The notes beneath the pieces are model-generated. The model saw only the letters and a list, made by a program, of their open reading frames with translations, ran no database searches and had not been told where the DNA came from. This document shows, one piece after another, positions 28,678 to 42,050 of a stretch of 64,000 bases of DNA (the stretch's first letter is position 1; the number at the start of each line of letters is the position of its first letter). The position numbers were made by a program, and so were the translations under genes. This stretch comes from the human T2T-CHM13v2.0 reference genome, Homo sapiens: assembly GCF_009914755.1 (NCBI RefSeq), contig NC_060926.1. One strand, 5' to 3'.

Positions 28678-28950
28678 CAGCACTTTGGGAGACCGAGGCG
28701 GGCAGATCACGAGGTCAGGAGTTTGAGCCCAGCCTGGTCAATATGGTGAAACCCCCGTCTCTACTAAAAAGATCAGCCGGGTGTGGTGGTGCGTGCCTGT
28801 AGTCCCAGCTACTCAGGAAAGCTGAGGCAGGAGAATTGCTTGAACACGGGAGGCGGAGGTTGCAGCAGTGAGCCAAGATCGCGCCACTGCACTCCAGCCT
28901 GGGCGACAGAGTGAGACTCTGTCTCAAAAAAAAAAAAAAAAAAAAAAAAA
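28678..28950 (+). mobile_element. 5'-truncated Alu inserted at the end of a hAT-Charlie relic (about 28340-28966)
   Basis: Starts at cagcactttggga; long A tail; TSD aaaagtt(t)tgagg. Confidence 0.88.
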
Positions 28951-29379
28951 GTTTGAGGATCACTGTCTTATAATGTTCCAAGGAAGAGTTAAGTATGTAT
29001 CCTAAAGAAAAGTCACCTTCTCAGTGACGTCTTCCCAAATCTCCCCAGGAAAAGTAGGCATTTTGTTTCATAGCTCTCAAATAAAATTAGAGTAGCTTAC
29101 ACCAATGCTGTCATTCGCAAATTTGCCAGTTCCTTCACCCTTATTAAATAATGAATTCTCCATGCTTCCAATTTGTTTACCCAGTGAATAGATTTTATGC
29201 ATCAGACAGTATCTGAAACTTTTGATCATATTATAAACACCACCTTAGTAGTCACTGAACTACTTAGACTCTGTCTTCATTAATCCTCTGTATTTAGTTA
29301 GATTTGTTGATATATCTAAAGCTAATTTCCTTGTTTGATGGAACCCTCGCCAGGTCATTTCTAGCCCAGTTTGTCCTGG

Positions 29380-30310
29380 ACAATTCTGGTCCGCGCCGCA
29401 GCCCGGGCACTGAGTCCGGGTCCCAAGTTCACTACCGCGCGGCGAGTCTAAGCCGTGGGGAACGCCGGGTTCACAGCTCGAACTGGGACACAGATCGCAG
29501 CCCGCGCTCCTGCAGCCGGGCCCAGGGGGTGACCACCTCCTCCCAAAACGCAGGCTCCCGGGTCCCACTGCAGGCCGCTGAACTAGACGGGTTGGATTGG
29601 GGCTCCGGAATGAACTTCTGGAGAAATCTTTCGGCTTTCCCCGACGTGGGCTCGGCGGTCTGTTCTCGGGGCGGCACGGCTGACACCCCTTTTTCCTCCG
29701 CCCAGATGCTGGTTGCACCCAGTCCGCGGGATCCAGGAAAGGAGGCCAGCTCTAGCCCGGCGCCGGAGTTGGGGAGCACTCCCAGCCGCGCGCGCACCGC
29801 CCTGCTTCAAGCCAGCGACAGGAGTGACTCGCTGCCCCACCCCACAGCCTCCCGGCCTGCAGCCGCGGAAGTCCCGGCTGGCACTCACCGCGCGGCGGGC
29901 AGCTGGCGCGGCGCACGGTGGCCGCCCAGGACGCGTAGGGACCCTCGGAGAAGGCGTGCGGCCATGTCCGAAACACAGGGGCGGCGGGGCGACGGAGGCG
30001 ACTCTGCGGCTACTCGGCGACTCGGGGCAGGGTCCCCGGGAGGGAGGACGATCAGCTGAGGCGTCCACCTGTGGTGTCCTCCCAAAAAAGCGCTCGCGCG
30101 CGCCCTTCCGGAGCCCCAACCACGCCACAGGCTGGTCGCGAGGGAATACGCCCGTCTTGGCTGTCAGCAATAGGATTTTACAGCGAAACTGCTGCCTTTG
30201 CTTGCAGCATTCTTTCTTGTTTATCGAAGCAGCTCTGAGCCTTTTTAGCGTCCTGAAGCGCTTTGAGTAACGGATGAAAGCTATGGAGCCCCCAAATACG
30301 CGCAAATACC
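29380..30310. promoter_or_regulatory. ACADL: CpG island / GC-rich promoter of ACADL
   Basis: Dense CpG and high GC in an AT-rich background, overlapping exon 1; GC boxes (ggggcggcggggcg near 29977), (CG)n tract near 30095, TCGCGA near 30136; no obvious TATA box. Confidence 0.9.
29889..29965 (-). CDS. ACADL: ACADL exon 1 coding part (77 nt), mitochondrial transit peptide MAARLLRGSLRVLGGHRAPRQLPAAR
   Basis: ATG in GACATGG Kozak context; Arg-rich leader with no acidic residues; donor CG|gtgagt. Confidence 0.97.
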
Positions 30311-30484
30311 TAACCATAAAAATGTACGTGAAGTTTATTTTGTAACCTTGGAAATTGATTTACTTAAAGTAGGCTGAATAGTTTGAGCAAACCCTTGAAG
30401 GTGATAGAGTTAGCCAGGCATAGCTCTGGGAGCCCATGCTATTTATTGGTAATAGCAAGTAGAACGAATTAATCCGACACAGGA

Positions 30485-30612
<128 letters not shown>

Positions 30613-31004
30613 TTAATTCTTAAATGTCCAAGTTCAAGTACATCCGTTGAACAATTACTCTCGCCCTCAGTGACATTTCAACTAATAAAAGCATGCCCTG
30701 TAGAACTCTCAGGTAAAAGATGTGAAATATCCCTCAAGGGAAACATAAATGGCTCAAAGGGTTCATGAAATCCTGGGTGATTGGCTTAAACTATCTGGGT
30801 AGTTTGCTTGACTTTTCATTTAATTTTAGCACAGCTAACTCTACATTCATAAACATATTTGTTCTTACTTCACAAAAGGAAACTCAGTAGAAAAAAACTG
30901 ATAAACATGCTAACCAAATGTGATTCAAATTAACTTCACCAAGAATGGAACAAACTAGCATTAGAGACACCTGTATTGAAAGGAACACCACATTATTTAT
31001 ATAC

Positions 31005-31320
31005 TGTTGGGAAAAAAGGCTGAGGGTTGGGAAGAAAGCTGAGGCAGGGCTTGCATGACTGACATAATGTCCTCTGGAATGTGTCTAGACTTGCTGGCTC
31101 CTTGCTTTTAGCCCTCCTAGGCTCCTATTCCCATTATCTCAAGTAGCAGAACATGTTCCATACAAATGTAAACCTCCATTTACTCACCTGTAAATGAAGA
31201 ATAACAATATCTATGTCATAGGGTTGTTGGAAAGATTTTTCAGATAACGGAGGTCAGGTGGTTGGCACAAAGACAGGAATACAATAAACATTCGATAAAT
31301 GGTAATTATTATTGTCATCA
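31005..31320 (+). mobile_element. Truncated ERV LTR (to about 31175) joined to a MIR fragment
   Basis: tgttgggaaaaaaggctgag...gcagggcttgcatg start, then MIR core ctcacctgtaaatg...catagggttgttg. Confidence 0.6.
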
Positions 31321-32357
31321 TTGAGAAATACTCATATTTTGTAGTAGATAAAAGAAAGAACAAATCCTTTAAAAAAACCCTCTACTTTGTGTATTCCAAT
31401 GCCTATTCAATTAGAAGGCAAATGTTCAAGAAAAGGAACTGCTTATGCTTTTCCTCTGATACCTGGTAGTAAATGTCATGGACTACACGGTCCTTTCTAA
31501 ACCCCATGAAAATGCCAGCTTCTTTAACCCAAATAACTGCCTGTGTCTGTATCTGTATCTGTATCTGCCTGTTTATAAATGTATAAAAAGTGAGTGATTA
31601 GAAATTATATATATATTTTTATATTTGGTTTGAAGAATACCTTGATGACATAATTGAGAAACTGAAATTGGCATCTGTTAAATGTGTCTGAAATATTTTC
31701 TTTTCCCTTATAGAGGACAATGGTCTCAAAACTAGTTACTGTTTTATGTTTTGGAACATTTTCTTTAAAAAAATAAATAGCAATTTAAGTATCTGTAACC
31801 AACAATTTTGACAGTAAACTTTATTGTCAGGATTAAGAATGGATTTGTTTAAGCTTCCAACTTCAAACCCTAATCTGCTTCTAAATTGCTTCTCTATGAG
31901 CCATACCTATAATATAATATGACCAAAATATTAATCATACACATTTATAAGGAAAAACTGCTCAAAGTAAAAGAAAAGTTATAAAATTTATCTTCTAGGG
32001 CTCTCCTTTTTTTTTTTTTTATAGTCATTGTATACAGAGCTCATTAGAAAAAGTATTTATTTATTTCCCCTGGTGCAAAGCAAAACTTATCTAATCAAAT
32101 ATAGAAGTGTTGCATAAGTTTTAGTGCATTACAGTCTTAGACTAAAGAAATCTAAGCATCTGTAATTCTGTAATATAGATCTTGGACAATGTCACAAGGA
32201 TGATTGCTAAACCATTTTGCTTGCATAATACAGAATTATTCCTCTTCATAGCTGATTTGTATTTAGGGTAAGATAAGCCTTCATGGGAAGATTTTGCTGG
32301 CAATACATGCCCTTTGCCATAGTAATTCCACCTGGTCTCCATTTAACAATCTTTTAA

Positions 32358-32663
32358 GGCCAGACACGGTGGCTCACTCCTGTAATCCCAATACTTTGGG
32401 AGGCCAAAGCAGGTGGATTGCTTGAGTCCAGAAGTTCTAGGCCAGGCTCTGGGAAACATGGCAAAACCCTATATCTACCAAAAATTAGCCAGGCTTGGTG
32501 GCCTATGCCTGCAGTCCCCGCTACTCAGGAGGCTGAGGTGCAAAGATCACCTGAGCCCAGGAGGTCAAGGCTGCTGTGAGCCGAGATTGCGCCATTGCAG
32601 TCCAGCCTGGGTGACAGAGTGAGACCCTGTCTCAGAAACAAACAAACAGAAAAAAACAAAACA
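32358..32663 (+). mobile_element. Alu (J-like)
   Basis: Forward Alu dimer. Confidence 0.9.
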
Positions 32664-33049
32664 CAACACTTTTAGCTTTATTTGAGTACATAGGTTTAAC
32701 ATTATTTCCATAGAAACCTGAATGTATTTGCTTAAACTCCACATGAAACTGAAAGTTATTACTTCTGTAAAGTACATTCCTTGGGTGATAGGTGTCTTTA
32801 TCAAAGGGAAAATATTTAGTCAAATTAATCTATAATTTAATGTTAATATTGTTGAGTGTCAGCTTATGAACTAAAACTATGTGGGCCATGAATCACATTT
32901 TTAATTCAAGAGCTTTATTTATTTTCTTTCAAAACTAGCCATCCTGTGCTTATCTCAATTTGCTGCAAACTTCTTCAACTTCCCATCTCCTCTCTCAAAT
33001 ATATCTACATGCCCATCCTTCCTTTCTTTCAATCAAGAGAAAGAAGCAT

Positions 33050-33280
33050 CTGCTCTGCGCAACCTCCACCTCCTGGGTTCAAGAGATTCTTCTGCCACAA
33101 CCTCTGGCGTAGCTGGGATTACAGGCATGCGCCACCACGCCCAGCTAATTTTGTATTTTTAGTAGACACTGGGTTTCTCCATGTTGGTCAGGCTGGTCTT
33201 GAACTCCCGACCTCGGGTGATCCGCCCACCTAGGTCTCCCAAAGTGCTGGGATTGCTGGTGTGAGCCACTGCGCCTGGCC
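33050..33280 (-). mobile_element. Alu lacking its 3' end
   Basis: Reverse-complement Alu with no tail. Confidence 0.88.
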
Positions 33281-33301
33281 AACTCCACCTTTTAATACCC
33301 T

Positions 33302-34071
33302 TGATGAGACGGGACAGTGCTCTTGACCCCCTTTGCAGGCAGGAACTGGAGTGGCTCGTTTCATTCAACCCATCGCTGGCCACTCCTTGTGGGAGAGAGT
33401 ATGCAAGCAACCAAGTGTGGAAACTTGAGTGAACTGAATGCTGGAATCCGCTGGGCATTCCTCTCTGGTGGGAGCAGGCTCCGTGCGAACCCTGTAGTGG
33501 TGTTCAAGTGTATTCAACCAATGCTCTTTCAGCTCTGCATCCAGGATGGCCAAGTGCCAACCAGCTTAGTGGAGGGTCAGGGTGGCAGCCCCTGCCCTCT
33601 CGGCACCTGGGTTCTTGCCCAGCATCCAGGAAGAATCAGGTCACATGAACTGTTTGAAAGGTGATGAATATGGAAGACTTTATTGAGCGGTGCCGGCTCT
33701 CAGTGGAAAGGGAAACTGGAAAGGGGATGGAAAGATGATCACTCCCTGAAGCCCAGCCATCTTCAGCTGGTCCCCTCTCTGAAGCCACAAGGTCTGAAGT
33801 TAGTCATGTCTACCTGTAGTCTCTGACACTCAGTTGTTTCTCTATTTGCTCCTCAGCCACTTGTATTATTGACGCTCAGCCACTTATATCACTGATGCTC
33901 AGCTGCTTGTGTTGCCATGCCAGCTGAAGTCTTTCATGGGCATAAGATAGAGGCAGGGGCAAGCCAAAAAGGCAACATTTGGGCAGAAAAACAGGGTCAG
34001 TTGTCTTCACTTAGGGTTGAGGTTTCAAGCTTAAGGGTGGGGTTTACCCAGGAGTCCAGCCCTTCTGTATC
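33302..34071 (-). mobile_element. ERV1 solo LTR (LTR1/LTR27/LTR28 group) inside a MaLR LTR remnant
   Basis: Minus-strand start TGATACAGAAGGGCTGG; AATAAA on minus near 33679; flanks resemble MLT1/MST end. Confidence 0.7.
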
Positions 34072-34339
34072 ATTGGGAGTTAGGGTTTCTCAACATATGA
34101 ATTTTCAGGGGGACATAAACATTCAGTTCATTGCAATAATCCATGTTTTCTGCTGATTTAAAATATGAACTCTATCATTTGCATTCCCTTATGTATTTAG
34201 GTCTATTTGTAGACTTTTCTATTTCACTCATCTGCTTGTCCGTTAATTCATTCAACAAGTATTTATTGAAAGCCTTATACATGCCTACATGCCAGGCGAT
34301 CTTCCAGATATTATAAACAGAAATGAACAAAGCCCCCCC

Positions 34340-34556
34340 TTTTTTCTAGACGGAGTTTCGCTCTTTCGCTCAGGCTGGAGTGAAGTGGCACCATCTTGGC
34401 TCACTGCAACCACCACCCTCCCGGTTGAAGCGATTCTCCATTGCCTCAGCCTCCCAAGTAGCTGGGGTTGTAGGTGCCTGCCACCACACCTGGCTAATTT
34501 TTGTATTTTTTTAAGTAGAGACGGAGTTTCACCATGTTGGCCAGGCTGGTCTCAAA
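34340..34556 (-). mobile_element. 5'-truncated Alu
   Basis: Reverse-complement Alu partial. Confidence 0.88.
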
Positions 34557-37500
34557 CACAGCATATTTTTTAAACCTGTGGAACTTGTCTGTGGAGACGG
34601 ACAAAAGCACATAAATATAAATCAGGTGCTTAGAGTGCAATGGAGCTAAGCCTGTATCTATTCACAAGCTAATTACCCACTGTTTTCATTATTTTGAACT
34701 TTGATCTAGAAAATGAGAGTTGGAAACACGGAGGAAAAGACAGAGAGAGAGTGAGGAAGGGAATTTTGGGGTGGGGGTGGAGGTGGGGAGAGTAAATGGG
34801 CTCAATCAACCAGATAATATTAGTATAATCCTGAACAAGTTGCTTATCTCAGATCTCAGATTTCTCAACTGAGAAATGGCAATACCTCACAAGATTGTTG
34901 TAAGGATAAAAGAAATGTTTGTAAAACACCCCACTCATAACAAACACTATTATCCTTAATATTTTTTTCCTTCTTATATTTTAGGTGGATAAAACCTTGT
35001 ATGCATCAACTACCTCTCTTTCAAGATGGAATTTTCAGAACACATGGTCTGGGATTGGAGCTGGAGCTTGGAAATATTGAGTGGGTGAGAAAGACTTCAT
35101 TGTTTTGTGACAGGTTATTGTGAAAACAGCCCACTTCTGCCTGAAGATCCAAGCCCAAGGCCTTCCTGGCCCCAGGGATTTTGGGATTCTTAAGAGCAAA
35201 AGAAGGAAAGAAAACATGAGAGACTTTGGTACTGGGTACGAGCATGAAAAGAGAAGGATTGGTAAAAAATATCTCTTGGGAGCTCCTGCTGTGATGCGAG
35301 GGTTAGTCCTGCCATCCCAGGGCAAACTTCATAAAAGAGGTCAGATCCAAAGATTGCAGAAGCCAGAAGAGACACTGCATCCTTCCTGGTTAGGCCTGGT
35401 TATGCCAGCTTCCTGGACTCTGCTGGCTGGTTGCCTCAATCCATGCCTCAGATTGGGTGGAGTCTACAGATTGAGGGCAAATCCCACCTCCTCCCAACCC
35501 CCACCACTAGGCCTATCTGAAAGACAGAAAAGAGCAGCAAGAAATCTCAGGGATTTTCTTTGATTACTCAGAGGGAAATAGTTTTCATACTCAGAGACTG
35601 ATAGGCAGTCAATAACATTTGCTTTGTGAATTTTCACCCAGCTACTTCTGGATGAGATAATCACCTTTGCTGCTAAAGAAAATCTTAGCTCATTTTCTTC
35701 TTGGGGTGATGGTATAAGAGTTGATAAACAATTTGTAAGTATTTATCATCTGGCATATTTAACAAAATATCTTTGTGATCCATAAAGCAAGGCATAAATT
35801 ACATTTGAAAGTGCATTCCATTAAACAAGAACATTAGAGAGAAAGAGAGAGAGAGAGACACTTTGGACCTTGATCTGTTCCAATGACATAGAAACTTGCT
35901 TTACAGATTGGCTTTCTCCCAGTGCACTATTGCAAAATTAGAGCTATACTAGAAACATCCTTAGAGTTTGATAATTGAATTACAGTGGAGAAAAATAAGG
36001 TTTATATTTCTTAACTATACCTTTGAATTTCTTACTACTACAGAGGATAATTTTCCTGGTCCCTGGGGTTAGTGGTGAAAAACTAATTGTTTTATTAAAT
36101 TCATGCCTCATTCTTGTGACCCCAGATTTTCGAATTTGAATAGGAATGCAGTCAAGGGGTGAATTCTGACATCTTCATTCTTTACTTAGCTCTTAAAAGC
36201 CAAGATACTTTATATTACTTGTTTATACTAATCTTTGATCACAATATATTTACATTGCTGGCAAGTAAAGTCTCTTAATAATATAGCAGCAAATATTAGC
36301 TCTTCATTCAAAATTGTTATTATTCGGGAGTACTATACATGGTCTCTTACATTAGGATTTATGAAAGTAGGAATTAATTATGTTTATTTAATTCAAACAA
36401 GTGTTTTTCTCAAAGTAATGAGTGTTATGAAGGGAACTTATTTGACCACATACAACCCTGAGATTCTTATCTTTTTGGCAAATAGCACTAACTGTGGAAA
36501 AGCTTAAGATCAGTGGGGTTGTCGGTTTCCCCACACGTTGAGTTGATGATAGGTTATAATAAAAATATCAGACCAAATTCTGCCACTTATATAGGCATGT
36601 ATTAAACATGTATTTGTAAGCAAGTATACAACAGTTCATAGAATAAGATAAAAACCTAGCTCTCTGTCCTCTTTAGTGCTCTAATGACTTCAAGCTGGCT
36701 CAACAATATTCCAGAGGCAAGATTCTATTACTCTTATAGTTAGCATCGGAAATCCAATGGATGGACACTGGATTCTTTGAGGATCAAGCTTGAGGTGCCA
36801 AGCATGGGATGCATTTCTGAAATATTTGAGTTTAATCGTATATCTTGAATACCACTTATTATTCCAGTGAGATCTGATTGATGATTAACTTATTGAACAA
36901 GTCACTAATTTTACCAATGAAAATATATTTCTGATGTTTACTTTGCTAATTAGCAAGACATCTGGGTTTGGTATACACATCTGGTGAGAGATGAAGGGCA
37001 GAAATTGAGGCACAGAAACAATAAGTGGTTTCCCTTAAGATCAGATAGCTAGTAAGTGTCTCAGCTTGTTTGTGCATCCCACAGTGAGGAGCCTGTGTTT
37101 TTTTAAATCTCTCTGGATTAGTTGTGCTGGTAAGTTCTCTAGAAGCAACTTGACTCCACTGTTTTGAGGGCAGAAATAAAATGAACAGGCTATAATTGAG
37201 GTTGTAGAAGAGATAAAAGAAAATCTGTGATGCAAGTAACTACACAGAGTCCTGTCTGTGAAATGCAGGAGGCTGTCCATAACTAAAGGCATCTACCTTT
37301 AGAAAGGCAGTATCAGATTGTCACTTATCTTGATGGTCATGAGATAGGGATGTTCTGGTTAATAAAATATTCTAGTTAGTAGAGATTCTCAGTAGACTCT
37401 ATACTCTAATTTCTCATTTAAAAGAAATTGGACTCTTACAAAATAAACATGATATGAACCCAGAATTTAACTTACTATTTTCTTACTGTTATCCCAAAGA

Positions 37501-38106
37501 CATTACATGATATTGAACACTTTGAGGTAATTATGGTACTGGGGGAGCATAATTGTTCCTACTAATAGAAACAAAATACTAAGGATTTTTCTAGAAACTC
37601 TCAAGAGCCATTTACCTGGCTAAGGATTTTTCTAGAAACTGTCCTTTCAAGAGCCATTTACCTGGAATAAAAGTGATGTGTATGATAAACAGTTGGCTAT
37701 ACAGACCCAAGATGAAATTCAAAATATGACTTCTGAAAATTCTGAATTCAAAATCAAGTTTTTGATACTTTAGGATCAGCTAGATGATCATCATAAATTT
37801 GTCTCCTTTCCACTTCAATTTTTTTTCATCTTCACCAATCTACACTATATTCAAGCCAACTTACCATTTCCCTTACTCCGTTTTCCCTGCAACTTCCCTA
37901 AGCTGTTAGTGTTATTGTACTACTCTTCTTTATGCCACTTAGGCTTGAATTCTTGGCCCAATTTCTCTCACTTCTGCATGAAGTCACCAAATGCCAGTGA
38001 TTCTGCTTCTAACATATTTCAGACATCATTTCTGTCCATTCCCACTACCAGAAAGAAACTCTGTGTTAGTTTTTCTTTTACCTTTATTGATTTTTTATAA
38101 TAGCAT

Positions 38107-39472
38107 TTATGGCGTGTTGAATTGTGGCCCCCCAAAAATATGTCCAAGTCTTAACCCTGGTGCCTATAAATGTGACCTTATTTGGGAAAAGAGTCTCACA
38201 GATGAAATTAAGTTAAAGATCTTACCCTGGATTAACCAGGTAGATGCTAAATCGAATAAAAAAGTGTCTGTACAGGAAGAGAAGAGGAGAATCACAGAGA
38301 AGAAAGCCATGTGAAGATGGTAACAGACACTGGAGTCTGTAACCCCAAGTGTAATGCGACGGGTTCTCCACCAGGTTACTTAAGGGTGTATGTCCACTGC
38401 TTGAGCCCTGAAGACTGGGTGGTGAGCCAAGGTCATGGTGCTCAGCCAAGGAACACCATGTGCTGTGTTCCCTGAGAACACAAACATTTGGGAGAGTACC
38501 TGGGGACATACCAAGAAAAACACTCATCACACACAGAGAAGAAAAGCCAGAAAATTAGCTTAAAAGCAGCTTGAAGATGGGTGGGGTAAGGGGGTGTGTG
38601 GGGCAAATCTCCAGAGTTGTCCTGCTACCACCTAGGAATGCCCTGTATGTTAAGTCCTAATAAACTCACCTACTCATCAAGTTGGATTTGCCCAAGTCAT
38701 TCTATAGTCTCTAGGCTCCTTCCCAGTTTGGGGGGTTGCATTAGTCCATTTTCACACTGCTATAAAAAAATACCTGAGACTGGGTAATTTATAAAGGAAA
38801 GAGGTTTAATTGACTCACTGTTCCACATGGCTGGGGAGGCCTCAGGAAACTTACAATCATGGTGGAACGTGAAGGGGAAGCAAGGCACGTCTTACATGGC
38901 GGCAGGAGGGAGAGAAGTAAGAGTGGAGGAAAAACTGCCACTTTTAAAACCATCAGATCTTGTGAGAACTTCCTTACTCTCACGAGAACAGCATGGGGGA
39001 AACCACCCTCAATGATCCAATCATCTCCCACCAGGTCCCTCCCTCAACATGTGGGGATTACAATTTGAGATAAGATTTTGGTGGGGACACAAAGCCATAC
39101 CATATTGGGTGGTGGGGGACATTATATTTCCAAGCTTTTCTTTCAATACCCAAGCCAAGGAGTGCCTGGGGCCACCAGAAGCTAGAAGAGGCAAAATGTG
39201 GAGGAATCATTGCCCTGCTGACACTTTGATTTCAGATCTCTGGCCTCTCAACCTGTGACAGAATAAATTTCTATTGTTTTAAGCCACCTAGTTTATGGTA
39301 ATTTGTTATAATCAGAAGCTGAAAGAGGCAAAATGTGGAGGAATCATTGCCCTGTTGACATTTTGATTTCAGATTTCTGGCCTCTCAACCTGTGACCGAA
39401 TACATTTCTATTGTTTTAAGCCACCCCCAGTTTATGGTAATTTGTTATAGTAGCTCTGAGAAAGTAATATAG
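38107..39472 (+). mobile_element. Nested LTRs: MLT1 host, ERV LTR (38350-39148), MST LTR (38737-39107, minus)
   Basis: MLT1 halves rejoin across duplicated cccaag; inner MST has recognisable termini. Confidence 0.8.
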
Positions 39473-41399
39473 CATCTATTTTCAGATACCCTGCTTTTCC
39501 CTGAAGTCTGTCAGTCAGAAGTGGCCATCTGTTGCCTTACTAAACAGAGCCTATTTCCACTTTTTCTATTAACTGCAGCCACTTTTTCCTTGGAGAAACA
39601 TTCTCTTCCCACTCTACCCATGGATGTGGTAGACTACATCAACAGTTGCAGTTCTTTACCCTTCTCTGTGCCACACTCTTTAGTATATACCTTCAGAGTT
39701 CCTCCCATAAAGTTGGAATTTATTTCTCCAACACATTTGATTTTCTTTGACCAATAGAGTTAGGCAAAAGTGAACCAAGTCCTCAAGAAGCTTTGCATGT
39801 TACTGATTATTCTTTTGTGTTCCTGCCACGCCGTGAGAAGGCAATGAGAAGAACCAGAGCCTTCCTAGCAAAATCTCAGCAGACTTAGGCATGTGAGCAA
39901 TAAATGCTTATCACCGTAGGCCATTGAACTTCTGTGATTTTGGGTTATGCAGCACTGCTGCAGCAAAAGGTAACGGATATAATGGGGCTGCTATATTCTT
40001 CCAGCTGAAAGTTTGTGACTTGCACACTGTGATTATTTTAGAGCTGTACATGTTAATCATGTCCTCTGAAAATAAACTCAATTCTGAGGCTGGAAAGAGA
40101 ATGTCTTCCCCTGGACTTGATGCCAAGAAAGCAAGAGTGAGCAGATCTAAAATCTAAAGGGGGACTTTAGTGGCCAGGCCTGGAAGTGGCGTATGCTCTT
40201 TTGACGTATGTGCCATAGGCTGTAACTCATCATGTGATCACACGTGGACTCCCTTGGCTCCATCTAGATGTGAGGGGTCTAAAAAATATTGTCTTCCTTT
40301 ATGCTCAGGAGGAGAAAGAAATGCTTGGTGACCATGTGGCCTTGACCTTGCCATATCTGTCGTCTGCATCTGGTAAAATCCTCTGAATATAATGTGACTT
40401 TTTTCATATTATCATCTTAAAAATTTGATTTGCAGAGTGAATTTTTTTTGTGTTTACTTTATTCCCCATCCAGGTTGATTCAGTCAATCAGGCACACACA
40501 GAAGCACGTATTTATCAAGTTCTACAGGTACAAAGATGAATATGATCTGGTTTTTGCCCTCAAGAGCTTGCCGTCTTGGGAGAGAAATAGGCATAGACAT
40601 TATAAGCTGATGTAAAAGTCACAGTTATAGTGGTATTTACACATTGCTAATGAAGCACAGATGAAATAGTTTCTTGATGGTAGGGACTATCTCTTATTTG
40701 TCTGTGTATCCCCACAAGTACAAAGGATGTGCAAGGGGAGTCTTATGTGTGCCAAATACTCAAAAATATTTGATGAGTGGATACAAACAGGCAAGTGAGC
40801 CATTACGGAAATGACAGATGATTCCTAAGGATTTTGAGATATACAAAATTAGAGTGTAGAGGGACCTATGCAGATGGAGATTTTGGTTTTCTTAATTAAA
40901 TATCAAACAAAAAACATACAAAAAAGATTTGGTGACAGTTTTAGGCATGTACAGAAGGTAAAATGCTGAAAAGTCTTAAAGAATATTGGCAAAGTGCCTC
41001 TATCTGTAATTTATGAAGTGGTAAGTTTGTGAGAAGGTAAAAACCTATTCACAAAATTGTACTTTTGGCAATTATGACTTTGTACCCAACCTATTTAGTT
41101 ACAATGTTTGAGTTAGTAGGGGGATTTAATAACTTGAGAAAATTATAAATACTTACCAGGATGTAATGAAATGTAGTTTTTGCTTAGAAGGCCTATTTCT
41201 TGCATGAAATTTTGAATTCTGATCTCTCATTTACCTACTGAAAGCTTTCATTCAACTGTGAGTGAATATTGGATTCACCTGAGGAACATTTTTAAAATAC
41301 CTGCTCCCACATCTGATTTTGTGAATCAGTGACTGGAAGGCAGAGTCCTAGTTGAGAATCGCTAGTTTACTGCATTCACCTCTTAAGAATTCTGTCTTC

Positions 41400-42050
41400 C
41401 TGTATCGACTTCTTATTGCTGCTGTAACAAATTGCCACATATTTGATGTCTTAAAAGAACACTAATTTATTATCTTACAGTTCTGGAGGTCGGGAGTCTG
41501 GAAAAGGAACCTATTCCATTAGGGCATCAACTAAAAATATGAAGAAAAATTATAATCTGGTACTTTCTAGAGGATTATTGTAGCCAAGAAATAATGATTT
41601 AATCTGTACTCAAAAAGTAAAGACCGAAATCTAGTATTAAGTGTTACACTTTACCCTTGAAACAATTTATTTAGCTGCCTTTTTTTATTAAAGAGAAAAT
41701 TATAGCAGGGCCAACTTGTGTACAAGGGGAGTTTTAGGCTTATTATGCTTGCCTGATTGTCTGCATAAAATGCAGCAAGAATTGATTGGCTATAAAGACT
41801 CCTTTTGAGTTAGTTTTGCTGCAACTTTACCTAAAAAGAGGCTATTTTAGTTTCAGCCTTGGTAAAATAAATAATGTCTCCAACTGTTTTTAAAAAACCC
41901 ATTATTGAACTTATGCAGACAACTCTATTGTCTGAAATCACTTTCATTGGGCTAAAATCAAAGCGTTCCTTTTGGATCCTCTAGGGAAGTATCCATTTCC
42001 TTGTCTTTTTCTTTTCTAGAAGTTGCTTGCATTTCTTGGCTCCTGGCCCC
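41400..42050 (-). mobile_element. MLT1 LTR interrupted by an ERV1-internal-like fragment (41501-41929)
   Basis: ttattatcttacagttctggagg...gtctg, insert, gtctgaaatca...gggctaaaatcaa. Confidence 0.65.

Noticed and set aside
29260-30317. Long overlapping ORFs (152-251 aa) on both strands at the promoter
   Set aside because: Expected from stop-codon scarcity in a GC-rich CpG island; low-complexity R/P/G/A content; only the ACADL exon 1 frame is supported by splicing and homology.
35120-35563. 147-aa ORF in non-repetitive upstream DNA
   Set aside because: Starts at GTG, no recognisable homology or exon structure; chance ORF.
37579-39449. Short direct repeats as a CRISPR-like array
   Set aside because: Only two-copy tandem duplications with no spacers, in mammalian DNA.
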